A DNA stretch of 64,000 nt from Anthoceros angustus (lineage: Eukaryota > Plantae > Anthocerotophyta). The notes under the pieces are model-generated. The model was not told the DNA's origin, did no database searches, and saw only the letters and a program-made list of their open reading frames with translations. The stretch spans positions 868,001 through 932,000 of the forward strand of contig MU008157.1 in the NCBI GenBank assembly GCA_010909165.1. The letters are read 5' to 3'. The translations under genes and the position numbers were made by a program. Each line of letters starts with the position of its first letter. The stretch's first letter is position 1. Shown here in pieces: positions 47,386-59,408 of the stretch.

Positions 47386-48492
47386 AGGTCCCATTGGTGC
47401 GACCTGTCCAACGGATTGGATTGGACGGAGTCGGGCCAACGCCGTTTCACCGCTCGCACCTTGCCACGCGCATGTGGACAGGGACAAACCCATGCCGCGT
47501 GGCAACGGCCTCACCAAGATTCCCGATTCCGGCTCCAGTTCCCTTGCCAAACAACGGTAGCAATAATTCACCACCCCACGTTCCAGAAACCCTAACCCGG
47601 GGTCGGGTTTGCCCAACCCGCGGTCACCCCCCAGTGGGGAGTGGGGCGCCCGCAAGGTGTCAGGCGAGCCTCGGCCAGCGCTTGCAGGGACAGGGAAGGG
47701 AAGGGAAGGGAAGGGAAAGGGAAGGTGGCTGGCTATGTCGGGACTCGAGACACGGAACCCCGCTCACCACCAACACCGCAACTGCCTCGGCATCGGCATC
47801 GCCGCGTCACGATCCGACTCCGACCGCGCCTTCTCGCCTGCTGCCGCGCCTGCTCCTGCCCCTGCTGCCGTCGGCCTCGCCTGCGAAGTGCAGGCTCCCG
47901 CCTGCGACGCCGGCATCGGAATTGCCGCCCCCGGCTGGCCTGCGACTCCGCCACTCCCACGGTCTCCAGCTCTCTCGATTCCCGGCCTGGTGCCGGCCTC
48001 TCCGACTCCGCGCGCTGTGTGGCGGTGATGCGGTGCGGCGGGAGGCTTGTCCGGCTCGCAGATCCACGCGGGTGCCGCTGCTCTTGCTCCTCGGGAGCGG
48101 GCCGCGGGGGCCCTTCCCTGCCGCTGCTGCTGCGGCCGCAGCGGGGAGTCCGTCGGCGGGCGGCCAGCGGCCAGCGGAGGTGAGGGTGCGGCCGGGGGAG
48201 ATCGCGCCGGACTCGTGGTGGCGGGAGGGTTCCTGGAAGGTGCGTGTGCGTGGTAGGGGGCCGGGGGAGGGGAATTGGAGCGTGTGGGGAGGCAGGAGGC
48301 CGCTGCGCCCGCACGGGATGACGAGAGCCTCGTGGGCTTCGCCGAAGGCAGGGGTTTGTCACCGGATGCCCTAATTCATCGCGCTGCTGCGGGGTAGGTC
48401 TTGGATCTGGAGCGGAGGTGGAATTGGAGCGCAATTCGGCGTCTGGGATTCCGCTGCCCTGGCGTCGCCGCGGCGGACGCGGCTCCGGAAGG

Positions 48493-51400
48493 ATGTTCCC
48501 CGATGGGAGGTCGTGTAAGGCTAGCAGGCTGGGGCTTATGGGGTCCACGGGGCTGGCGGGGCTGTTAGACAGTAAGGAGACGGGGAGCAGCGTGATCACG
48601 GCCGTGGGGAGCGGGTTGGATGAGAGCAGTAAGTGGGGGCTGGAGAGGACCGTGGCGCATGTGCTCGACATCCCTCCTCTGTCGGCAGATGCGGCGCTGT
48701 GCTGCCCGGGCAATACAATTCACGCTGCGGCTGTGAGGAATTACTTGGAAATACGGCTGCAGAGTGTGGACGATACGCAGTTCCGGGACCCGGATGGACT
48801 CCTGCTCTCTGCCGGGGATCGGGTGGTTGTTATGGATAGGGATTCAGCGTCAGGTGATATCGGCTTTGATGACGCCTGCTTGCTGCTGGAGAGCAAGTCT
48901 AACTTCAGCAGTGCCAGGGCGAATGCATGTGTTTGGAGGGGGAGGTGGATGTACGAGGCCACGCTGGGTACTGCGGGCATCCAGCAGCTGGGTTGGGCTA
49001 CGCTTTCCTGCCCCTTCACTGACGGAGAAGGTGTTGGGGATGCAGCAGACTCCTACGCGTACGATGGCAAGAGGGTGAAGAAGTGGAATGTGAAACAGGA
49101 TCCTTACGGCCAGGCTTGGGTCGCTGGTGATGTCATCGGCTGTTGTATAGACGTGGATGCCGGAAACATTCACTTTTACAGGAACGGCTTTCCTCTAGGC
49201 TTAGCCTTTGAGGGGGTCAAGACTCCTCCAACTGTAGCAGAGGGTTACTATCCTGCCATCTCCTTGTCGCATGGGGAACGCTGCCAACTCAACTTCGGAG
49301 GCAGGCCCTTCAAACATCCCATCCAGGACTATTTACCTGTACAAGCTCCGCCCGCTGTAAGGGAGGGTCTGACTATAGCGTCTGTAAGTGCTGGCGCTGC
49401 CTTTCTGTTTGGATCTCTGCAAAGGCTGGTGCAGCTTGGTAGCCGAGAGGTAGCTGCTGCAATGCCTCTCGCAGACAGGTTGAGGAGATACACGCCCATT
49501 TCCGAAGAGGACACTGCGATGTTGGGATCAGAGATTTGTTCACAGTTGGCCTTGTTGCTCACTACAGATGCTGCAGCTGTTGCTAAGGGAAATTTAGAGT
49601 CTTGCAAGGTGGTAGAGTATTGCATCTGGGGATCATTGGTCCCCTTTCTGATTGATATATACCGTCCTTGTGCCCCTCATGATGGACCCAGCTTGGACCG
49701 TGCATTGGATCTACTACTTCCACGTTTAGATAGCATGGATCTGAACCGTACAGTCACTGGTGTGATGGATGCTTTGGCTTATGGGTGCAAAACTTCTCCT
49801 TTTACTCTGGAAGATCGGCCTTACACGGGATCTTATCGCTACCTTGCACTCGCCTGTCATCTGTTGCGGAGCTATGAGTTCATGGCAGTGTGGTGGAAGT
49901 CATCAAAATTTCAAGATGGTGTGGAAGGCCTTCTTACACGAAAAGGCCCTAATAAGCATGATCTTGAAGTGTTGATGCCAACTGTCTGGTGGCCTGGATC
50001 GAGGGAGGATTTGTGTTCAGAGCAGAACATGAGGCATGCTGCCAATGCTCTATTCAAAGCTATCACAAAGGTAATTTCCTGAGTTGAAACTGGTGAGCTG
50101 TTTGAGATGACCTGTACTCTCTGTTTTCAATCTGCTGCTGTTCGATGCTGTTTCACTCAAGGCACTGGTAACCCTGTTGAAATGTGTTGCAGGTTGAGGA
50201 GTTGCAGTGGGAGCTTTGCCGCCGCCTGCTTCATTTTGTGCCACCTTGTAGCACCGAGCCTAATGCTGTGCAGGTTCCAGGGCTTGTCTTTAGGCAGTTT
50301 TTGCGGAATCTTGTTGATAAGAACCGGGGTGCAAACAGGAATGTACCTCCACCCGGACTCTCCGACAACTCTGTCCTTGTTTCTGCATACTGTGTAGTGC
50401 TTCGTTTTCTCTCGGAGGGGTTGGGAAGTGAGGATCTCGTAGATAGTGAGAAGGATCAGGATGGATCTAGTGGTTTCCTTCATCGAGGGGGGAAGCTTCG
50501 TTTCCCTGTGAGCGTATTTCTGAAGCAGGATTCGTACATCAATGATTTTGCACGACTTGGTGGAACATTCAGCCATGTTTCTAAAATATACCCAGCCAGT
50601 GCAGAGGATCTATCTATCGTAGAATGGGATGAAGGCTGTGTAGATGAGGACAGTAAAGTCTATCACGATAGCAAGCACAAACCTTGCTGTTGCTGGGAGG
50701 TGGAGTATGCTTCTGGTAGTGATGGTAAGACTGCTGTTAGGAGTGGGGAGAAAGCTGTGAACCAAACTCAAAGTACTCCAGCTCCAAGTGGTTTGAGCGA
50801 ACGGAGTAATCACCTGAGCAGCGACTTCAATAGGAGAACGTGCAACAGTTTGATTCAGGAAGATAAGCCTGATTCAAGTGGGCGAGTGGATGACTCCAGC
50901 TTGGACAGCCTGCTACTAAGTAAATGTAAGAGGACAGGGTTCAGGTCAATAAAGGAACTTTCTGAAGCCATAAGGGAGGAAGAGCTGCTGGATTCTATGG
51001 TTCTGCTTTATCACCTTGGACTTGCCTCCAATTTCAAACAGGTTCTTTTCATAAGCTGCCACCATTTGTCTGTTGGCTTGTCCCGGAGTCTGTTTTGTGT
51101 GTCTCTGATCAGCATGCGAAATCATCGTTGTAGTGTTTGCTGTCTATGGAGCAAGAGTTTGGGAATATTCGTTGGGCAGATGCTGCTGTTTTCACTGTTG
51201 CAAACACTCAAAGAGCGTCTGAAACATTGTCAAGTCCAGTCTTTTGCCCAACTATCATTTGACCAAAATTTGTCCTGTGCCTCGTCCAACTCGTGGGCGT
51301 TTAGGGGTTGATTGCAGAGGCAGGAGTTTGTTATTCACCATCTATGTATTCTGAGTTGCGTTTTGTGCTTTTTTGGTGTGCTGGAACAGGCTTCGTACTG

Positions 51401-53879
51401 TATGCAGCATCAAATACAATTAATCAGTCACCTGGATGACACTGACCGTCAGATTCGTGCAGAGAAGAGTTCAAGTGACCAGCTGAAAAGATTAAAAGAG
51501 GCTCGTACAGTTTATAGAGAGGACCTTATAGAGTGTGTACGACAATGCACCTGGTATGTCCCACACGTCCTATCCCTGTTGGGTGTTTAGTTTTGAATGT
51601 TTGAAGCTGACTGAAGTAAAGTAACTGTTGTGTAGTCAAGTATTTGCCTAAGCGGTTTGATGTAAGGCGACTGAGGTGAATAAAAGAAGTATGGTACCGC
51701 TTGTGTCGTCCTAACTCGTCCATTTTACAGGTTTCGGGTTTCATTGTTCTCGAGGTGGAAGCAACGGGGAATGTATGCTACGTGCATGTGGATTGTCCAA
51801 CTCCTGCTAGTGCTTAGCAAAAAGGACCGCATCTTTCGATACATTCCTGAGTTCTACGTGGAAACACTGGTAACTTGTCGGGCAGGTTCACTAGGACTAT
51901 AAATGACCTTTCCTGTTACATTTGCATTTGATGTCATCAGTTGCCCCCTTTTCGCTGCAGGTGGATACTTTCCACGCATTACGCAGGAGTGATCCACCTT
52001 TTGTGTCACCCTCTGTTCTCCTTCAACATGGGCTTGCTCCTCTTGTACGAAACAATTTGTATTATATTTTCATGTTTTGAACATCTTGTGTTATGTGCAG
52101 GTAACATCCTGACAGCGGTGTGGTCTTTCACAGGTCACCTTCCTTGTTACACATTTTAATGATCAAAGGATAGTGAACTCGGATATCAGAGATGTCCTCC
52201 TTCAGTCCATTTCGGTCTTGGTGCAGTATAAGGAGCATGTAGTTGCCTTTGAAAACAACCAAGCGGCTCGGGAGGGGATGATTGGGGCCCTTCTCTCAGC
52301 CTTTGACAACCGATTCTGGATTCCTGTGTCAAACATTCTGCTGCGGCTCTGTAAAGGCAAAGGATTTGGAGCATCAAAAGGCTCGCCCCATGGGGAACCG
52401 TTCTCGTTTGTTTTTCAGGTAGTAAAAGTTCTCCTTTTTGCTTTAGCCTTAAGCCTGGGGTGGTTCTGCGTCTTGTGCATGAAAGAACGCTGTAGGTGGT
52501 GGGACTGAATAGAACAAAACAAGTCTCCTGCAATGTGGGTTAGCTTAACTGAATTGTAGTTTCTTGTCTTGGGAGCAGCAATTGCTACGGAAGAAGTGCA
52601 TACTCGATGACAAGTTGTTCAGCTCTTTTCTTAATCGGCTGTTCAACACCTTGAACTGGACAATAACTGAGTTTTCAGTATCAATCAAGGAGATGCAGGA
52701 GCTTCCTGACAAGCGACAGGTGCAATGATTGTTTTCTGCTACTGCTGTTTAGTCTACAGAACGCATGCAAGACAGTGAGTTGGTGGTGGTTGTAGAATGA
52801 AGTCGGGGTCTGGTGGTGTCCCTTGCATTGTCACCCATGAAATGACATACTTTCACAGGTACCTGAAGTGCAGCAGAGAAAGTGTACGATAATGTTTGAG
52901 TTATCGTGCAATCTTGCAAGGATACTGGAGTTCTTCACGCAAGAGTTGCCGCAGGCATTTCTAGTGGGTGCGGAGATGAACCTCATCAGGCTATGTGAAC
53001 TGATAATCTTTGTGTTAAATCACACCACATCCAGTGCCGATGCTCAGCTCTTTGACAGGCAAGAAGACATGCTTGTGAAGTTTGGTTGTGAACTCCTGTA
53101 GTCAGCAATTGTGAGGCACTGACTAGAATATTCCATGCATGCAACAGCACCCTCAGATTGCAGGGTCAGTCATTGGAGAAGGTGAACAGATCAATGATCC
53201 TTGCTCCTCTAGTGGGCATTGTGCTAAACTTAGCAGCTGCGACGGATGCCGAAAACCATGGCATGGCACATGATATTGCACATGCGATTGCCAATGTAGA
53301 TGCCTCATCAGGAGCTCTGACAAACTTCCAATACTTACTCGAGTATAACTGGGTATGGCTGAAGTTGATGCCGAAGAGCACAGCTGTGTCTAGAGTTGAA
53401 GTGCAAGGTATTGCACCTTTAGGGGTTGCTTATGTTGGATTGGGTGCTGCAGGGGACCTCATTCAAGGGTGATCCATCTCTTAGAAGGGTGCCGGAGCTG
53501 CAAGTGTTTGTGAACAAGCTGCAGATAGAGACCGAGGAGGCAAACCAAAGGGCAACTGAAGAAGAGCTCCTAGCTGCAATTGCAGCCTCTGTGGATGAGG
53601 GTAAGGAGCCAGCACTGGTGCTAGATCCTACCCTATGCAGTGCACGGATTTCTGCTTTTTTCTGACTTTCAACGTCATGCAGGGATGACTGGCGGAAGTG
53701 AGGACAGGGTGGAGAAGGTGGAGGTTTGTAGCATATGCTATGCTTGTGAGATCGACACGATGTTCACGCCCTGCAAGCACCAATCATGTTTGCGCTGCAT
53801 CTCACGGCATCTGTTAAATAATCAGCGCTGTTTTTTCTGCAATGCAACCATAGCCGAGTTGTCTTCTCTCTCGGATTAA
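48493..53879 (+). CDS. RKP: RING E3 ubiquitin ligase RKP/KPC1 (RNF123): SPRY domain, central helical region, C-terminal RING
   Basis: SNFSSARANACVWRGRWMYEATLGTAGIQQLGWAT..GVGDAADSYAYDGKR (SPRY); FRWKQRGMYATCMW; YIPEFYVE; DNRFWIPVSNILLRL; FLNRLFNTLNW; CSICYACEIDTMFTPCKHQSCLRCISRHLLNNQRCFFC (RING). Confidence 0.93.
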
Positions 53880-54767
53880 GAGGTGAGGTAGGCAAGCTGC
53901 TGAAGGGCAGGTTCTCAACACACAAGGGGTAGGAATGGTAACACGAGACTGCAAATGGATATGAAAAGCTGTGTCTTCTGATGTGGTTTGTGGTCTCCAT
54001 GTCATGTCTGATCCACAATTCTGGATAGGTGGGTGCACCGTCTCCTTAAGGTGGGTGTACCGAATCCTCTGCCTTTGTAATTTGAAGCATGCATAATTGA
54101 GCACCATATTGGAGGACGTATCCTCCAAGCATACCCTTCAGCCAAGGGAAGTGTTATTGTGACTCTTGGACGTCAACGGGAGCCTTAGATAGTCGGGAGA
54201 CTCAGAAGTGTCTGTATATATCTTGGAAGCGATAAAAATAAAGTTAAAACTTGACAATATGAGGTGTGGAAAGATATATTCTTACCTAACCCAACCCCTT
54301 GGTACACCGATTCCGCGAAACCAGTAACCGGATTTACATGGAAATGCGGCCTTCCTGTGTCCTCTTCTTCCCTCCTGTTACCGAGTCCTTACCGCGTAGC
54401 TTACAGAAACCCGGCCCGGGCTCATGGAAACTCGCCCATAGGTGACAGGGTCCCTACAGGGAGAGGGTACCCTTGGTCCAAGCAGCTTTGTGGTGCAAGT
54501 ATCAGGTCCCATGACGGAAGTGCAGTGGCTCTGGTATCAGGTCCAATGACGGAAGTGCATCCTTAGTGGACTGACTACAACAGGAATTCTTCTATTACTA
54601 AGTTAGAAATTCATCCCATAGTGCAGGAGAGCAACCCCATCCAGCACACGAGCTTCCGGAACCGGGGGGAGCTATCCAAATCTGCTGGTGCTGACCTCCA
54701 TCGCCCAATTCGGAGTTGGCAGGACTCTCACCACATAACGACCACAAGTTACCATGAGTCCAGTCGT

Positions 54768-56476
54768 TCAACAATACGTCGCAACGAACCTCTCCACCAA
54801 CGGGTTCACCAGGTTGGGTGCCTCATCCTGGACAAGCAAGTGTCCCGTTAAGAGGCCGGCAAGCTCATGAAAGCTTCAGGTGGTGGCAGGTATGTGGCAC
54901 GAACCTGTGGGCAATGGCCTACGTTGGGCAGGACGACAAACTCCTGCACTGTGTCAAACTCCTGATACGCTTTCCCTAAAGCAAGAGGTTCCCAAGGATC
55001 CTTCTCCCCCCATCCGAACCAGACGGGACACTGCAGTACAGGCCGTACCAGATTAGAAAGCTTCAAGCACGCATCTGCTTTGCTGCCGATGAATGACGAC
55101 TTGCCAGCAACAACCGACCTTGACTAAAGGAAGCAGCTCCTCAGGCAAGGGGCCCCCAGAGTAGCATATGAAGTCCAAGAACACGTCCACTGCTCCTGGC
55201 TGCAGACCTGGTCCCAGAATGAGCTCCACAAGCTCGTCCGTCACAGCACTGTCATCATGATAACACTGCAAAAGCACGCTCACGGAAGCGTCAATCAACT
55301 GCCGGCAAAAGAACCGGGTGCCGAAGCCGGTGTCATAAAAAGCTTCACCTCACACAGGATCCTCTTCACTGCATTTGGCTTTGCCACCGCCTTGAAAAAC
55401 CTCTGTCCGATATCTGTGTTTCTGCACCTCCCAGAAACCAGGTACAGTGAAGTGAGAACCCCCGAGCGCGATGGTGTAAACTTGGCCCAGGAGTTTGCTT
55501 GCCCGCACAGGTGCAGGCCACAACTGACCTTAAAACATCCTGCAGAGCTTTCACAAACGGGCGAGCATACCAGGCCTGCTTCTTGATGTGCAGCATACGC
55601 AGCGATATATTGAGTAACAGCAATCCCCTCACGGCACCCGGATCCAGCACAGCTGCCTGCAGGCCAACGACGCCTGCAAAGCACCTCACACCTTGGTCTC
55701 CCAACATCCAGCCTGAAAGTACACTGAAGCAGCAGTGTGGCACAACCACAACCAACCTCCAACCGAGTTGCAGATCACGAAAGGACGGTCGTTGATCACC
55801 TCCGCAGAGAAACTCAAAATCTGCTTAGCCCACGTCTCAAACGTGTAGGGCGACTCGGTCTGTGACCTAGGCTTATCCGAATAGCCATACCCCAGCAGAT
55901 CGATGGCGAAAACTCTGTGTGATGTGGCCAGCACAGGTATGTTCTTCCGCCAATGGTCACTGCACACTCCTCCAATTCAGCTACCTCTGCACATCATCCC
56001 TTCATCTTGCCAGTAAGCAACACAACATAACACTATACCAGTTGGCTCCGAACCCATGAACCAGCAACAGCGCAGGGCCTGCCCCTCCCGCAAATTGGTA
56101 CCGTATATTATACTCCCCCCATTTCCAAATGCTGCAACGCATGCACGCAATCCAACGCAAGCCGTTTGAGCATCAAACTGCTTCAGCTTTTGTGCTGTAA
56201 ATCAAGCACCCTAAACATCCACCTTGTCTGCACAGCAGGCAGTGTTGAGGGCAAGGTTAGAGCGGCCTCCTGCTCCGCACCAGGACTGTCTTCTCGGATC
56301 TGCAGAGCTCGCACGCCTGCCCTGCTCCTGTGTCTGGAGATGGCAGCCGTAGAAGAGGCTGCTCGGTTGCACCCACATTCATGCCTGATGGCGACAGGGC
56401 TTGCGCGGATCGTGACGGCCCGCTGCTCCCGAGACGCAATGGGATAAAACGCTCCCAAGGCGGAGGACGCCGCCAT
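54768..56476 (-). CDS. Alpha/beta-hydrolase (pheophytinase-like family), probably plastid-targeted
   Basis: LLLVHGFGAN|.DHWRKNIPVLA..HRVFAIDLLGYGYSDKP; nucleophile elbow ICNSVGG; FLDFICYSGGPLPEELLP; WGEKDPWEP; LPNVGHCPQ|DEAPNLVNPL; TGA at 54768-54770. Confidence 0.88.
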
Positions 56477-56569
56477 CGTGCAGCAGGAGCAGGCGGGGGC
56501 GCTAGGATATAGGAGGTTTGTAAAAAGTATAGATGGGAGAATTGTTAAACTGTGTCAGCACATAGCAAC

Positions 56570-56653
56570 GTCAGGATGGCCGAGTGGTCTAAGGCGGCAG
56601 ACTCAAGTTCTGGTCTCCGAAAGGGGGCGTGGGTTCAAATCCCACTTCTGACA
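56570..56653 (+). tRNA. tRNA-Leu (CAA)
   Basis: GTCAGGATGGCCGAGTGGTCTAAGGCGGCAGACTCAAGTTCTGGTCTCCGAAAGGGGGCGTGGGTTCAAATCCCACTTCTGACA. Long variable arm, A and B boxes, T-run downstream; one G-G mismatch at the top of the anticodon stem. Confidence 0.93.
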
Positions 56654-56693
56654 CATGGCTTTGGCAAGCTTGGCCGCTAAATGTGTTTGATGT

Positions 56694-56751
56694 CAGCTTC
56701 TTTTTCACTCTTTCTCTTAGTCCAGCTTCTTTTTCACTCTTTCTCTTAGTC
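56694..56751. repeat. Perfect 29-bp tandem duplication containing the putative Pol III terminator
   Basis: CAGCTTCTTTTTCACTCTTTCTCTTAGTC occurs twice. Confidence 0.9.
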
Positions 56752-56800
56752 TTGTGATAGGTTTTGTTCCTATTCAGATGTTTCTATAAGTGTATATCGA

Positions 56801-57134
56801 TTATGTTTAAGTTAGAGTGGTTGTATGGTCTCAAGGTGCTAGTCTCAAATTCTAGCCCCTTGAGAGGGCATGGGTTTTAATTATGTTTAAGTTAGAGTGG
56901 TTGTATGGTCTCAAGGTGCTAGTCTCAAATTCTAGCCCCTTGAGAGGGCATGGGTTTTAATTATGTTTAAGTTAGAGTGGTTGTATGGTCTCAAGGTGCT
57001 AGTCTCAAATTCTAGCCCCTTGAGAGGGCATGGGTTTTAATTATGTTTAAGTTAGAGTGGTTGTATGGTCTCAAGGTGCTAGTCTCAAATTCTAGCCCCT
57101 TGAGAGGGCATGAGTTTTAATTCTACTTCTGGCA
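56801..57134 (+). repeat. Four 80-bp tandem units derived from a decayed tRNA-Leu-CAA; the last unit runs on into the tRNA 3' end
   Basis: Units start at 56801, 56881, 56961 and 57041 and are identical except for one G>A. The segment 57051-57134 aligns end to end with the tRNA-Leu at 56570 (about two-thirds identity by hand alignment, CAA retained). Confidence 0.9.
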
Positions 57135-57165
57135 TTCGAATTCTTCCCCTAAGGACTAATTTTCG

Positions 57166-57582
57166 TCATGGGACTTGGTACTTGATAACTTGTACTATGG
57201 TGTGCTTACGCTTCTAGCACCAAGAGCATCCACTCCCTCTAGGCAGCTCATGCAAGTAGCAATCGAAGTACGGGATGCTTGCTTAACAGCGACGTTCTTA
57301 TAAATGTGTGTCCATTTGGCCTAAGCCATTTGGACACACATTTAAATATATGTACGTATTTTAACTCAACGTGATACTACTATATGTGCTTGCGGCTGAT
57401 AGTTTAAACGTATTTTCTTATAAATTTATGTCCAAATGACTTAGGCCAAATGGACACACATTTATAAAAATGTGGTTGTCAAGCATCGGTACTTAGATGG
57501 GGTGCCTAAAGGGAGTGGATGCCCTTGGTGCTGGTAGCTTAGGCACACCATGGTACAAGTTGTTGAGTCCCAAGCGCCATGA
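57166..57582. mobile_element. Foldback/MITE-like element with ~170-bp imperfect inverted arms and a ~75-bp spacer
   Basis: 57166-57345 matches the reverse complement of 57421-57582 (e.g. AGCACCAAGAGCATCCACTCCC / GGGAGTGGATGCCCTTGGTGCT and TATAAATGTGTGTCCATTTGGCCTAAG / CTTAGGCCAAATGGACACACATTTATA). Confidence 0.75.
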
Positions 57583-57677
57583 TAGCTTACACACCATGCT
57601 ACAAGGTGTTAAGTCCTAAGTGCCGTGATAGCTTACACACCGTGCTACAAGTTGTTAAATCCCAAGTGCCAGGATAG
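57544..57677. repeat. 46-bp tandem repeat, 3 copies, formed from the outer end of the foldback right arm
   Basis: CACACC.TG.TACAAG.TGTT.A.TCC.AAG.GCC..GATAGCTTA at 57544, 57590 and 57636. Confidence 0.85.
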
Positions 57678-57979
57678 AAAAAATTCCATCGAAGTGGATT
57701 GTAATATACTTCTTCTTCATGCTGCATATTTTATCCAATTGGAAGGTATGATATGTAGAAGAAGAAGCTATTGCTTTTGGCGGCACAGGTCTATTGGCCA
57801 CAAAGGCCTCAGCGCCAGTGGCGTTCTAGGGAGTTGACTCTCTCTGCCCCTATCTTGGCTTCTAGCTTCTAAACCAAAAATTCCTACATCTTGAAGGGTT
57901 GAGGAAGGGCCCTTCCCCCTCTAGGAGTCCTTCAGGCTGGCTAGGGGCTTCTTACCCACACAAGCTAGGGAGATCATGC

Positions 57980-58290
57980 CTCATATACATTGCTCAATGT
58001 GAGCAATGTATATGGGCATATACATTGCTCACATTACGTTGCCCATATGCCCATATGCCCATATGCTTAATGCCCATATACAATGTACATTGCTCAATGC
58101 CCATATGTTCATATACAATGTACATGGGCATAGCCAATGTATATGCCCATATACATTGCTCAATGCCTCACTTGGGGATGTATCATGCCCATATACATTG
58201 CTCAATGCATGACTTGGGGATGTATCATGCCCATATACATTGCTCAATGCGTCACTTGGGGATGTGTCATGCCCATATGCATTGCTCAAT
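57980..58290. repeat. 42-bp tandem repeat (3.5 clean copies at 58143-58290) preceded by decayed subunits
   Basis: ATGCCCATATACATTGCTCAATGC...CTTGGGGATGTATC; upstream CCCATAT and ACATTGCTCA fragments. Confidence 0.85.
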
Positions 58291-58418
58291 TATGTTTCTC
58301 TCTGGGCTGATTTATTTTGACCAGAGGGGACCAGGTCTCTATTGCAGATGTGGTTGTAACAAACCCTACTCGGGACATCGTCAAAGAGCATGTCATCATC
58401 TGGGAACCATTGGAGCTT

Positions 58419-58540
58419 AGCACTAGAGGGATGCGCACAACTAAGGCTTAGAAGAAGTACAGCCCAATATAGGAAGGCTGAGCACTAGAGGGATGCGCAC
58501 AACTAAGGCTTAGAAGAAGTACAGCTCAATATACGAAGGT
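58419..58540. repeat. 62-bp tandem duplication
   Basis: AGCACTAGAGGGATGCGCACAACTAAGGCTTAGAAGAAGTACAGC.CAATAT..GAAGG occurs twice. Confidence 0.9.
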
Positions 58541-59408
58541 CATGCATTCATTCCTCTTGAGACCGAGACTCATGTGGCCATGGGCAAGGATTTTGTGAGG
58601 TTTATCAAGGGTTGTGCTAAGACCTGCCACACCTTTAAGAATGAGGTAAGCCTCCTCCTATCTTGTGTGGTGGCTTTCTTCCGACAACGTCCTCCCATAG
58701 CCTTGTAGAGGGCAATGGCAAAACGCAATTTTTAACACAACTTCAAATGCGGGAGATACGGCATCTTCATCTCCCGTCGTAAGTAGGCCCTTTGTTTATG
58801 CCGATATCTTGAGGGCAGTAGATAATTTAAAGGTAAAGAATAGCAGAACTCTAGTCCCATGGCACATAGCCCTTTAGTGGGTTCCCACTCCCTCTGTGCA
58901 CATGGCACTTCCAATCTCAGCAAGCTAAAAAGTCTTCGAAGAAGAAGTATATTAAAATATTTATATACATATTATATACTTATGTACCTACAACATAAAT
59001 GTACATAAAGGGTTCCCGGACGGGCAACTTATGGAAAAGAGAAAGGCCGCCACACGCTTGAGAGGACCGAAGTTGGACAGCTCTGCGAGAATAGCGCAAT
59101 TTAGCCCGCTGTGTCGGCGCCGCTGCAGGGCGTGTGGCTCGGAGCCAGCTAGGAGCCCGTCCCTGCCGCTTTCACGACGGGTCGGCATGTGTGTTGCTGT
59201 TGCGGGGCCCGCCTGCGGTTGGGCGCTCTGGCAGACGGCGTCAGTGGCGCGCTCGGCTCGCCTTGTTGATCTCGATTCGCGCATCCCCGCATCCGCGGTT
59301 CGGAGTCGGGGTGTGGAGGAGGTGGAAGAGGAGCGGTGTCGCTGCCGGAATCCGAATCTGTTGCTGTTTGATTGAGCGCCGGATATAGTATTGGAGCAGG
59401 CGGGAAGC

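Noticed and set aside
47331-48713. Long ORFs (347 aa plus, 326 aa minus) upstream of RKP
   Set aside because: Pro/Arg/Ala/Gly low-complexity translations of a very GC-rich leader and promoter, where stops are rare by composition.
56801-57120. CRISPR array interpretation of the 80-bp repeats (also the 45-bp and 31-bp repeats)
   Set aside because: The units are contiguous with no unique spacers, there are no cas genes, and the context is eukaryotic.
58565-58925. Possible Ty3 integrase fragments (MGKDFVRFIKGCAKTCHTFK on plus; LEVP..WE on minus)
   Set aside because: Short, on opposite strands, and with no catalytic-core motifs; too weak to call.
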